NCBI GenBank assembly: GCA_000442015.1
Contig: KE560700.1
Location: 1-40,077 of the forward strand
From: Rozella allomycis CSF55
Lineage: Eukaryota
DNA: 40,077 nucleotides
Direction of reading: 5' to 3'
The number at the start of each line of letters is the position of its first letter. Position 1 is the first letter of the stretch. Below are positions 11,458-22,520 of this stretch, one piece after another. The position numbers were made by a program, and so were the translations under genes. The notes under the pieces are model-generated. The model made no database searches. It had not been told where the DNA came from and worked only from the letters and a program-made list of their open reading frames with translations.

Positions 11458-14139
11458 TTAGATTATCGCTCTCATATTTATTGGCAATACTGACTTGTCA
11501 TTTACTAATTCTGTTAATTCTTTAAATTCTTTAACTTCAAAGCGATGCAAGAAAGCTAGATGCCGTAAAACGTCTTTTCGTGTTATTATGCCAGCCAGTT
11601 TGCCATGACGAGTGACAATAACGATTTTCGGTCCCAATTTTTTAAAGATTTCCAAAACAGCTCCCATTTGAAATTTGTGACAAATAGTTATTGGAGAATG
11701 ATCCATCCATTTTCTCAAATCAATGAATGGGCCAGTATCGCTTTCACCTTTTACAAACCTGCATTCACAATCTTCGTTGTATAATCTCTTTGCCTCGCCT
11801 TAATTTCTAAAATGCAATTAAACTAATACCTAGTGCAAAAAGTAAGTCTGATTTAGAAATGTAACCGATCAATGTTGGATCAGAAGCTGTGTACACCACA
11901 GGATAACCCTTGAAGCTCTTTTTCTCAATTAGGTGAGCTATAATGATTGTTAAATTAATTTACTTATTTCAGACATTGTCATACCTCTGGAATAAAAGTT
12001 TGTCAAGTTTGAATAATCGGTCATTACTCTAGACGCTGGAATGATGTGATTATATTCTTCTTTTTGGTCAATGAATGGATATCTGTTTAAGTGAATGATC
12101 GCCTCTGCTATTCCATCTTTGCCAAAATAGTCCGCAGTAGATTTTGCAACGATTAAGGTTATCATGATGGGCAAAATGTAGGCAGCGGCACCTGTGATTT
12201 CAAACATTATGACTGCAACAGAAACATTAATATATAAAAAAAATTGTTTACTGACCATTCGGGACACACCTCCGAGAAACGCCGCTGCCCCTATAAGTGC
12301 ATAAACACCAGGGTAAACACACTGAGACTCAACTGGGCAAGAAGCAAAAATTGGGGAATATGAGAAATATCTTATTTGCACGAAATAAGTGTGTTACTCT
12401 TGAATAGTCTGTGCCGCTAAACCCACAATCCTTCCAAAACAAGCTCCTATCAAAATTGGAGGAACAAATGAACCAGCCGGAATTTTAGAGCCAAATGTTA
12501 TAGTAGTCATAATAATTTTGAAAAACAAAGCCCAAATAAGCATACCGGCCAATTCACCATAATTTGAGCGACTATGGTGATAATGTGTACTTTTTACTCG
12601 CAAATGTCCACAGGAAAGTGTTTATGGCAATTATCAAATAATATTCCTATAATTTCACCCGAATCATACTTCAGGAAGGGATTGAAATAAGCGATTAGTG
12701 AAGTCACCGCCGACAATAAGATCACCTCTAACATCTGATTAGATTTAAAGAATGGCGATTTTTTTCTATAAGCAGTGTATTTTATATTAACATGGACGAA
12801 AAAGGCGCCAAATAAGCCACCAAAAACACCAATCAATATAAAAGGAAACAATTCAAATGAGTACCAATCTGAAGTGTATGCAACATTAAAGAGAATTATT
12901 TTTCCTGTTCTAAATGGGTTCATTAGCTATCGAAACACAACAAAGGAATTACGGAGAGTAATGAAACAGCGACAAGTGAACATATAAACGATCTAAGCAT
13001 TGTAGTATGAGGAAAATAGTAGCTGACTTCTTCTAATGAAAATAGCACGCCGCCAATTGGAGCACCAAATGCAACCGCTAATCCTGCGGCTGTTGCGCCA
13101 GATAATATTTCTCTTTTCTTTGCTTCATTATAATAGTGGTTGGGAAAAAATCTGGGAATGATATTTCCAACACAACACGCAATATGTACCAATGGACCTT
13201 CTTTCCCGATACAAAGCCCCGCAGCCACAGCAAAAATCTAAAAAGAATACTCTAGATGTTTTACTAATGAAATACTTTTTGTTACGAGGGACATTAGTCC
13301 CAAATATCCTTTAATGACAAAACCTCCCATGATTGTTTTACATTCTGGTATCCCAGATCCTGCCGCGTATGGCTGAAGCTTCTTAACAAAAAATGCAGCA
13401 ATAAAAGCAAATAAACAAGAAAGGAAAACATACATTATATAATCTATAGCTTCACCACCATCCCTCCCATCAGCATTTCTCCATGAGATCCAATCCTCGC
13501 AAAGTTCTATTTAATTTAGTAAAATTATTTAACCTTCGTCTCCTAGACAGCAAAATTTTTTGTTCAAGTGAAAGCCATTTCGACAAAATCCATTTTTTAT
13601 AGATGACAGCCACTCAATGCTGATTGAAATACATGTTGTAATCAAAGCGACAGCCAGTCCAACAATAATTGTAATCATCCATGACTCACTGGAATCATAG
13701 ATCGCTAAAAGCTTTCCTTTCCATCCAGGAACCTTTTTCAAGTCTCTTTTTCTTTGTTTAGCCTTGGTTTGATCGAATAACCAATCTACAACATAAATCA
13801 AATAATCTTACCAATTGTAGAAAAGTTATCATATGCTACTCTTCGACCCACTTCTTCCTCCTTTTCATCATTAACTTCATTCCTAATATCTGTTGTGACT
13901 CCTAATTTTTTGTAGACTTTTTCCATTGGAAAATACTTTGTCCATTTATTATCATTCGTTTTAACTTTCTTTCTAAAAGAAATTATATCCTCATCGTTCA
14001 CTGAGTCCCTGATCACATTCAATGATCTAAATTTGTAACATTTTGTCATTTATTACCTATTGATGTCTTCATTAATAATACTTGGTGCTTTTTCTATTCG
14101 CGCGTCATCTTTTATGCATTCATTTTTTTTACTCTCCAT
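11458..14139 (-). CDS. CLC chloride channel/antiporter (Gef1/ClC-3 type) with CBS domains
   Basis: Signature motifs [44 protein letters not shown], and CBS motif GIITRKD. Confidence 0.96.
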
Positions 14140-14319
14140 GAATGCGATAACAACAAACAAATGCACCAACCATAAATAAATCACTTTTTGCACCAAATAA
14201 TTTGTTAGATTTAACTAGTCGTATATAACTAAAAAAATACTAAACTAGTAGGCTCTTTGATATAATTTAATATATTGAATACTGTTTTGTAGCGTCGTAA
14301 ATTTAGTGGCTCAACATTA

Positions 14320-15247
14320 ATGAGCGCACCGGTAGTTTCCCTTTCTGTTGGTAACTATTTTCTATTTCAAATATAAAAAAGATAAAAGAAAGACCAAGTT
14401 TAAACCTAAAATTGGTGTTAAAAGAAGTAAAATCGACCTTGAAGTCAAGTCTAACTTTAAAGTTGAAGACCCTGTATCAGATACGGAAGCATATTCTCAG
14501 GAGAAAGATGAAAGTGACATGAAAAAGTTTTTGAATGACGACAGCAATATTATCAAAGAGCCTGTCGCTTCGTCAAAAAAGAAATCTCATGGATCAACAA
14601 AAACAGAGGTGATCGTGAAAAAGGAAATAAGCAATATGAAAATGTCAGATTTAGCGGTTTTAAATTTTGAAAAACCTACAAAAAGGGTTAATAAAATAAA
14701 AGTTGAAGAGCCTAAAGTGATTTCGCATGCAGACAACATTAAACCCGAACCGATCGCCGCCCCACAAGTTAAAATTATCAATGGAAAAGTGGTCATAGAT
14801 CAAGAAAGTATTCTGGTCTCAAAGAAAAAACTTCACGAAGAGCCTAATGAGATTATTAGTGTTGTTGAAGGAGACCTTCACATGACATCATCATCATTTG
14901 CAAAGAAAAATTCAAGATCTGATCGTTGGTCGAAATTTGAAGATGAATTATTTTATAAAGTAAATATGTTATTTTGTCTATACAGGCTTTAAATGTGTGC
15001 GGAACCGATTTTGGTTTGATGAGCAAGCTTTTTCCTTACAGGGACAGAGTACAGCTTAAGAATAAATTCAAAAAAGAAGAAAAGTTTAATCCAAGAAAAA
15101 TAAATGAAGCATTACAGAGCATGACAAGAATAAGTAATACCTCTTCTGAAATTTCACAAAGCGAATGAGCTATGGCAGGAACTAACAGAAATCAGTGAGA
15201 CTATTAATCAGAGTAAAATCAATTTAAAGAAGAAAAAGTCCCAATAA
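14320..15247 (+). CDS. BDP1: TFIIIB B'' subunit (SANT domain)
   Basis: APQVKIINGKVVIDQES, TSSSF, and RWSKFEDELFYK|ALNVCGTDFGLMSKLFPYRDRVQLKNKFKKEEK. Confidence 0.92.
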
Positions 15248-15311
15248 ATTTTGAGTATGCCTACAACCGCCCACTAGTGGTTATTTTAAAATATTTTTTT
15301 CACATTTTATT

Positions 15312-15462
15312 TGTCAAGGATTTCTGGTAGGCCTCTGCTACCTAAACCTGAAGTTGCTACATTACTGGCGAGGACAGGACATTACATTTCTGGCCAAGAC
15401 AAAAAGAGTTGATAATCCCGTTGTTGGTTCCATACTGACCACGATTCATGCTTCTCACATAG
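15312..15462 (+). ncRNA. Candidate box H/ACA-like structured RNA
   Basis: GC-richer island between convergent genes. It has three hairpins, ANANNA at 15397-15402, ACA at 15457-15459, and a split complement to a conserved LSU rRNA segment. Confidence 0.4.
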
Positions 15463-15569
15463 TGTGATTGTTTTAGTTTAATTTTACAATGGCGATAAAG
15501 ATTAACGAGTAATCGTCATTAACACCTTTTTAGTCATAAATTTATAATTCTAAATACATTTTATTTATT

Positions 15570-16881
15570 TCATCTCGCTTTGCGCTTTTTTCGTATTGAC
15601 TTTATATTTGTTTCAGCGTTGCGATAAGAAGTAAATTGGCTTCGAAACTCGGCCAGAAAGGGATGACTGAGTGCTTCATCAGGTGTGATTCTTTGATTAG
15701 GATCATATTCAAACATTTTTGATAATATATCTAAAAATTCAATGTTAGATACTCCTAATAACCCACAGAGTTTTCTCTTCATACAAACACTTGGTAGATC
15801 ATAGTTTCTATGTAGAGATGTTCCAAGCAATGTTTTATAATTGTTCCAGTGAAGACTGTTTTGGTATATATGAGAGGGAAACAAATGAAACTTGTCTATT
15901 AAACTTTCTATTACTGATAGTCGATGTCCTTCTTCAAAAATCACACTTCCCGTTACACATTCGCCTAAAACACATCCCAATGACCACATGTCAATACTTT
16001 CCTTGAATGGCATGCCCATAGTAACTTCAGGTGCCCTATAACTTGGGTTTTGTACCTCATAGTCATCGTAATATAGTGGAGCGTCGCTTAAAGGCATTGA
16101 ATTCCCAAAGTCTATCAATGACAATTTTACAGATTGATGAAAATCTTTTGTATTTTAGCATTTAAATTACCATTTAAGAATAGAATATTATCCACTTTTA
16201 TATCAGCATGGATCCATTCATTTACTTTTAAGAATGATAAAGCCTTTAGCAATTGGTATGTTATTTCGGAAAGTTTAATCCAAGCACCCCCAATTTTATT
16301 GGTATCTTTAGACTTTAATGCTTTTTGAAAATAGGTTGAAAAATCGTGAATCCCATAGGAGGTATGAAGTGGAAAAACTAGAAAGCAGTGATATCCTATA
16401 ACAAAAGCGTCTAAAAGTCTAATTAAGCAGGACCCTCTAATATCCTTTTCCTGCAAATGAATTAAAATATTTGCTTCCTTTCAAAAACAAAGGAGTAACT
16501 TACGTTTAAACCGTAATGAGTATAATTTGCATTCAATACTTTGACAGCAACTGTTTCGTGTCGATGTTCATCAAAAATTTCATAGACTTTGGCAAAAGCC
16601 CCTCGTTATCTCAATAATTATCGAAAATTACCCTGTCCAATGATTTTCATATTGCTATATCTCTTTAACAGCCATAGGTTATCATGGGGTACTAAATGGC
16701 CTAACTCATCTATGCTAATCTCTTCTCCCGTATTGTATGTATCATTAAGAATCTTGGAATATAGTTTTTTTAAACCAACCGTCAAAACAAGTAGCAAATT
16801 TTCTGATTTTTTGAGAACGCTATTTTGTTCTCTTTTCTTGTTTCTGAAAGGTACAAATGCAGATGCAGACAGAGTTTTCAT
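15570..16881 (-). CDS. CMGC Ser/Thr kinase, DYRK/HIPK-like
   Basis: IGQGNF, VAVK, IHADIKVDNIL, IDFGNS, VQNPSYRAPEV, IDMWSLGC and RITPDEALSHPF. Start position uncertain. Confidence 0.88.
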
Positions 16882-16990
16882 CGGCAGACAATGAAAATCT
16901 ATTTACGAAATGCCAGAAATAAAAAAGACCTCAAAAAGCATTTAAAACATTTACAAAAAATATTATTCTTTAAAAACATTTTTATTGGCC

Positions 16991-17988
16991 CTATTTTTTT
17001 CGTCTCTTCTTTTCTGTCTGACTATTTACAATACTCGATATGGAACCGTCAATGATATTCTTCAATCTCTTGTCTTGCATTTCTTTTTCAAATTTTTTCA
17101 TTTTTTCTTTGATACTTTCAACCATTAAGGAAATATTGTAAGGTTTTTCTCCAGTCAAAGCTACATTGGAAAATTAGGATATTACCTTGTTCTTTTCAAC
17201 GGAATCAGTTATTTGAACGTATTCATCGGAAACTTTTTTCAATTCGGCCAAACTAGAAATACCCAGCGCATAGCTGATTCTCTCATTGGACATTACTTTG
17301 GTTTCTAATATTTGTAATTCATCTTCATCACTATTTAATTAATTGTGGAATTTGTACATTGTGTCACCGAATTCATTTTCATCCTGATGGACACGCACAT
17401 CGTTATTTTCTGCTTCAATTTCTTCATCTGCATTAAAATTATCTTCTTGTTTCTCCACGGCGACGGTCACAAACGCTTCAGATTGAATCAACTTTGAAAT
17501 TATATAAGCTAAATCATGCATTTCTTGTGTTTTAAAACTTAAATGGTAATAATTAAACATTATCATCCAATATTCTTTCACGTGAATCATTAATTATTAC
17601 CAATTGTTATTCTAATGTCTACTTTTTTGTCAAATGGCTGCGAAAAGTAAATGCTAAACAAAAGAAATAGACAGGAACACACATGATAAGGATCCGAAGG
17701 TGCCTTGCTCAAAACTTCTTGTATTCTAAATTTACAAAAAAACTTACCAAAAATAATGCTGTAAACTTTGTTCATAAACTCTATTCTTTTTTCTTTAAAC
17801 GGAAAAACTAGAAACAAATATGCCATTTTGGCATCGGCCCAACTAGTTTTGAAATCAGCAAAAGAAAACGTTTTTTTCTGCATTTTATTAAAATATGGTG
17901 TACTTACGTTTTTAAAATCATTTATGAATCTAATAAAATCTTCAGATATTCCTTCTTCATGTACAATCAAAAACGTTTGTTGCAACAT
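16991..17988 (-). CDS. SNAPC1: snRNA-activating complex subunit SNAP43-like
   Basis: FSFADFKTSW, LFLLFSIYFSQP..KVDIRIT and HDLAYIISKL..AF follow the SNAP43 pattern recalled as FEDF..W / LYLLYGLYNTQ..KIRV / DAAYIFRKL..AF. Confidence 0.75.
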
Positions 17989-18133
17989 TCTCAGCCACGT
18001 GGCTTAAGATAATGTTAACGGATTGTTTATAGCTTTCTTTTATACAACATGAAAAGGTGGAATCTTCAGTCTCTTATTATTTGGTATCTATGGCTGAGCA
18101 GCCTGATATTCTTATCCTGTTTACAAAATTATA

Positions 18134-19257
18134 ATGGGAGAAAAAAGGCTAACTTTTCCCTCCAACAGGCCATTGAAATTGATACAAATAACAGATTTAC
18201 ATTATGGAGAGGGTGAAGAGTCAGATAGTCTTAACGATAACATTCAAACAAAATTTATTAATTTAGAGAAGCCGGATTTTGTTATTTTTAGCGGCGATTT
18301 AATATCAGGGGATTTTAGTGATGGTAGCAACGGATGGTATGAAAAAGAATTGAATAAAGTTTTAAGGACAGTGAGGTTAATGAATACAAGTTATGCATTT
18401 ATTCTTGGGAATCACGACATTGAAGCAGATCTAACCGAAAAAGAAATTATGAGATTAACAGAAAATGATCCATTAAGCCATACCAGAACTGGTATATTGT
18501 CCACATATGATGAAAGACATGATTATATATTACCGATCTATAATAATGGAGCTGTAGAAGCATATATAGTGATGCTTTTTACGGGAAGATTTGGTTGCGG
18601 CGGCTTTGTTCACGGATGGGGATGTGTAGAATCTTATCAAGTTGCTTGGCTAAAAGCTCAATTGGAAAGTTTTGACCGGAATAAAGCAGTGTACATTTTT
18701 ATACATATTCCTACGAGAGAATACATGTATATGTTTAATAACTATCCAGTGTTTGGTACGCTATTGGAACCAGGTGGGGTTGGTTGTTCCATGGTGAGGT
18801 CTGAGTTTGTTGCGACAGTTTCTGAGTTTAAAAATGTGTTATCTATTTCTTGTGGACATGATCACGAAAATGATTTTGGTGGGCTTTATGGTGAAACATA
18901 TTTGCTATATGGCCGCAAAACGGGATATGGAGGTTATGGTCCCGGTAGAGGTAAATTTTCCTATAAATCAACAAAGGCAAACAAAGAGGAATCCGGGTTT
19001 TTAACATAAGTATAAATTCTTTGGCGTTAGACACATATATTAGGGAAGAAAATGGAAATATAGATCGACAATCAAACGCTCAGTATACAAACCCAAACTT
19101 GAGGTTTTCATATTGTGACCTAGAAAGAACTGTCCAATGTGTCATTTGCTTAATTATAGTTGTTTGTATTTTTCTGTCTATTTTAACTTGTCGATTACTA
19201 GGAAAGAGGCTTCGCTTAAAACAAAGCATAAAAATATCGGATGGGGTTATTCAGTAG
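18134..19257 (+). CDS. Calcineurin-like metallophosphoesterase (Dcr2/Sia1-type) with C-terminal hydrophobic segment
   Basis: TDLH, GDL, GNHD, HIP, GHDHEND and YGRKTGYGGYG. The tail CVICLIIVVCIFLSILTC looks transmembrane. Confidence 0.92.
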
Positions 19258-19315
19258 CCGTACAACACTAATAAAATAATATTTATACATTAATTAATTT
19301 TATTACATTGTTTGT

Positions 19316-20514
19316 TCAATTTTTTTTCTTTGTCGGTTTATCAAAAATTGGTTTTGCTCCGCCTAGCCTGGAAGTACTTTTTGAACTCTTTGACCAGCCA
19401 GAGTCTTTTTTCGATGTATCTTCTGCTGATAAGTGAGTCCATTTGGTCTGCCCCCTTTTTCCAAATTTCTTCTTTTTCATGACATCTGGAAGTGCATCTT
19501 TCTTGATGTGGTCATCCAGCGTTGGTTGATTAAAGTCTCTTTTAAAAATATCCTCTGATTCTTGAATATCCTTTGACAAGTGGAAGAACAAACCTTACTT
19601 GATAAAACGCACCCTTATGATAGTATCTTTGCAAAAACTCGATTTTTCCACCCTTGGGTTTTTCTCTTCTATTTCTAGCCAAATATTCTTCTCTTTCTTT
19701 ATCATCCATGTTGCGAAGTAATTCAGTCTCTTCCCTCACTCTAATGCGTCTATTTTATCCTTAAATATTAGTAATACTCTGCTTCATTTTCTGCGTCTCT
19801 TTTAATTCGAATTAGCTCTCGTAGCTTCCAGGCTTCATATTCCCCGGCAGGGTCCAAGCCATCAGTATCATCAACTTTCAGTGGATCCTTTGTCTCCTTC
19901 AAAGTATCTTTGATTTCTTTGTTTAGAATATCTACTATAAGGTTATGAGATTCAATTTTCCTATTTTTCAGTTCAATTTCTTTCCTCTTTTCTAGCTCTT
20001 CCTCCTCAGCGTCAATCTTCGACGTTAATGTTTGACGCTTTTCTTTTGGCACAAATACAGGTTTTAACATCACCTCATCATCTCCACTTGATTCGCTGTA
20101 ATCACTGGCTTCTTCTACACTAATTCCTTCCTTCATTATGTCCACAGTGGTATTGTTTAAATCCATTGTTTCTTCTCGCTGTCTCTGTAAGGCAAGTTCT
20201 TTTAGTTTCCTTCTTCTATCTATTGCAATAGCATTCGCGTCATCGATATTTTCTTCTTTGTTTTGGGGTTCTGCGGACTTGCTATCTTCAACTATTATTT
20301 CAGCTGTATGCCTCCTCCTGTTTCTTTCAGGTTTCCCCACTATCTCATGTTGTCTCTGAAGTCGCCTGTCTTGGTCTATTTTTGATTCAGTGTGCGTTTG
20401 CGTTTGATGATCTTCCTCAGTTTTTAAAAAGGCTGGTATTTTCCCAGCACGATATCTTTCTTTTGCCGGCGCGACTACGTCCTTGGCATCCTTTTTTATT
20501 ACAGAATAATTCAT
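19316..20514 (-). CDS. MFAP1: Spliceosomal B-complex protein MFAP1
   Basis: LKPVFVPK, VDDTDGLD..EYEAWKLRELIRIKRD, FLQRYYHKGAFYQ and FGKRGQTKWTHL..EDT. Confidence 0.95.
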
Positions 20515-20940
20515 TTCGGAAAATCTAAAATAAGCTTTGTCAATAATCTTAAGAAATCAATTAATTCTATACGTAAAACGTATTTAATTATGTTTTGCCT
20601 TTCGTCCTCCCTCCGATTGAGCAGTTTGAAATCGAACGTACTCTGACTAATTTACAAGGACGCCATAGAATATAGATCACCGTGATTAAATTTGTTTCCT
20701 TCAAAGAACACACTTTCATGAAAATTAAGGATCGAGGAATTACAATTTACTAATTGAAATTACTGCCGGTCACGTTTATTGGTTCTTGTAATAAGTATGT
20801 CAACAAAACTTTGGAAATTCAATTGAATATAGGCTCACAATTGATCATAATAACAATTACAACATTATTCAGATCACTCCGTCGATAATATAGAACACTC
20901 GTCGTCAAACTTTATTATCAATCAGAGCCACACTTTAAAA

Positions 20941-21339
20941 ATGACTGGAACGGGCAGAGTAAAATCAATAGTATCAAATAATAGGGAAAAGGAGGCAAAG
21001 GATTAGGGAAATCAGGTGCTAAACGTCATAGGAAGATATTGCGAGATAACATTCAAGGGATAACAAAACCCGCTATACGTCGTTTGGCAAGACGTGGGGG
21101 TGTAAAACGTATATCTGGGTTAATATATGAAGAAACAAGACAGGTAAATAGTCTGATTAAATACGAAGAAAGGTGCTAAGAACCTTTTTGGAAAATGTCA
21201 TTCGTGATTCTGTGACATACACTGAGCATGCAAAGCGCAAAACCGTAAATCGCTAAAAGTCAATTCTTAGGTTACCGCGATTGATGTTGTCTATGCTCTA
21301 AAGAGACAAGGAAGAACGCTGTATGGGTTTGGGCTGTAA
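20941..21339 (+). CDS. H4: Histone H4 (divergent), 3 introns; absent from the ORF track
   Basis: Removing introns 20959-20984, 21144-21172 and 21245-21270 gives [105 protein letters not shown]. Confidence 0.97.
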
Positions 21340-21380
21340 TCAAGATTCAAGAGTGAAAGGAAATATATTATACGCTTTAT

Positions 21381-21574
21381 TCACTTGTTTTTCTTTAAAT
21401 ACTGAACAATTTTAAAATGCAAACTCTCGTCGCTCGTTGCTATAATTCCTGACAAAAGCGGGCCGAGGCGTCGCCATTGACGTGGGAAACAATACCACTT
21501 GCCTCTTGGACAATGCCGCAGCATGATCCTTTTAATATTCACGATTCTTATTACCCATATTTTTTCATAATAAT
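21381..21574 (-). pseudogene. Degenerate 3' fragment of the MET22-like gene
   Basis: Aligns with about 24580-24804, including the last intron, but carries deletions and frameshifts. Confidence 0.88.
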
Positions 21575-21600
21575 CCATGATATGATTTAGAAAGCAACAA

Positions 21601-22054
21601 TCTACTACTCATAGTGTCCCTTCACTCTTTTACATTGAAAAAAAAACTGGTTTTTATAGACTGTTGTCTGTTTTCCTGAGGCTGAGGTTAGCGAGCCCTT
21701 TAGTCTCCATACAAAATGGTTTTAAAAAGAGACCTTATGATTGACAAAGGTTCATATACTATTTCAGTTTCAAATCTCTAGAGTTTTCAGCTGCAGCCAA
21801 AGGATTAATACATGCTTTTTCTAAAATTATTTACCGACTACCCATTCTACTGACCATTTTATCCATACCCGAAACACTTAAAGAATAGTTTAGTCTCAAT
21901 CGACAACGTGTAAGCATTCAAAATCAGGAATGCCACTCATTATTGGCATCATGGAAGGTTCAATTCCAAGTTAGCGGTTGTCAACAATCAAATTGATCAC
22001 CTTATATGTAACTCTATTAATGTGAGCGAACTGCGAAGCGATGACAACCGCTAG
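21601..22054 (+). mobile_element. Possible non-autonomous Helitron-like element
   Basis: Starts A|TCTACTACT and ends in a GC-rich GCGAAGCG segment followed by CTAG. The 3' flank is A rather than the expected T. Confidence 0.3.
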
Positions 22055-22216
22055 AAACAAAATGTATGCAGTATCTGTATACACGCCTATCAAATTGCGA
22101 AATCATACGATGCTTAGTGAAAAATATCGAACATATGTAATTGTAATTTTATAATGCTTAAATGCGGGCGAAGCGAGTAGTAGTACAACCGCTGTTTTCA
22201 TAAAATAAAGACTAAA

Positions 22217-22520
22217 GAGGTCCAGTGGGGACTGCCATTTTTCAACAAGCTACATCCAGCAAGTAGGCACTCGGGTAGCGATGGACGACCTTGGGTCTTT
22301 TGAGCTTCAATATATTCAACCAAAAGGGCTACCCAAGACTCTACTTGGGCGTACCACACAACTGCAGTCGATTGATAAAATGCTAACTGAGGTCATGATG
22401 ATCAGACTAGGGTGATATCGTTAGGTTTGAAGTCAATATCAATCGCTACCCGAGTGCCTACGTATTATTCATTATTTGCTGGATGTAGCTCGTTGACAAT
22501 AGCAGTCACGACTAGACCTC
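22217..22520. repeat. Long imperfect inverted repeat (foldback/MITE-like)
   Basis: Arms at 22217-22282 and 22442-22520, with a perfect 20-bp core GTAGGCACTCGGGTAGCGAT / ATCGCTACCCGAGTGCCTAC. Confidence 0.9.

Noticed and set aside
22217-22520. SRP RNA (~300 nt with paired ends)
   Set aside because: No helix-8 GNRA/AGCAG motif or Alu UGUNR arrangement; the arms look like diverged DNA inverted repeats.
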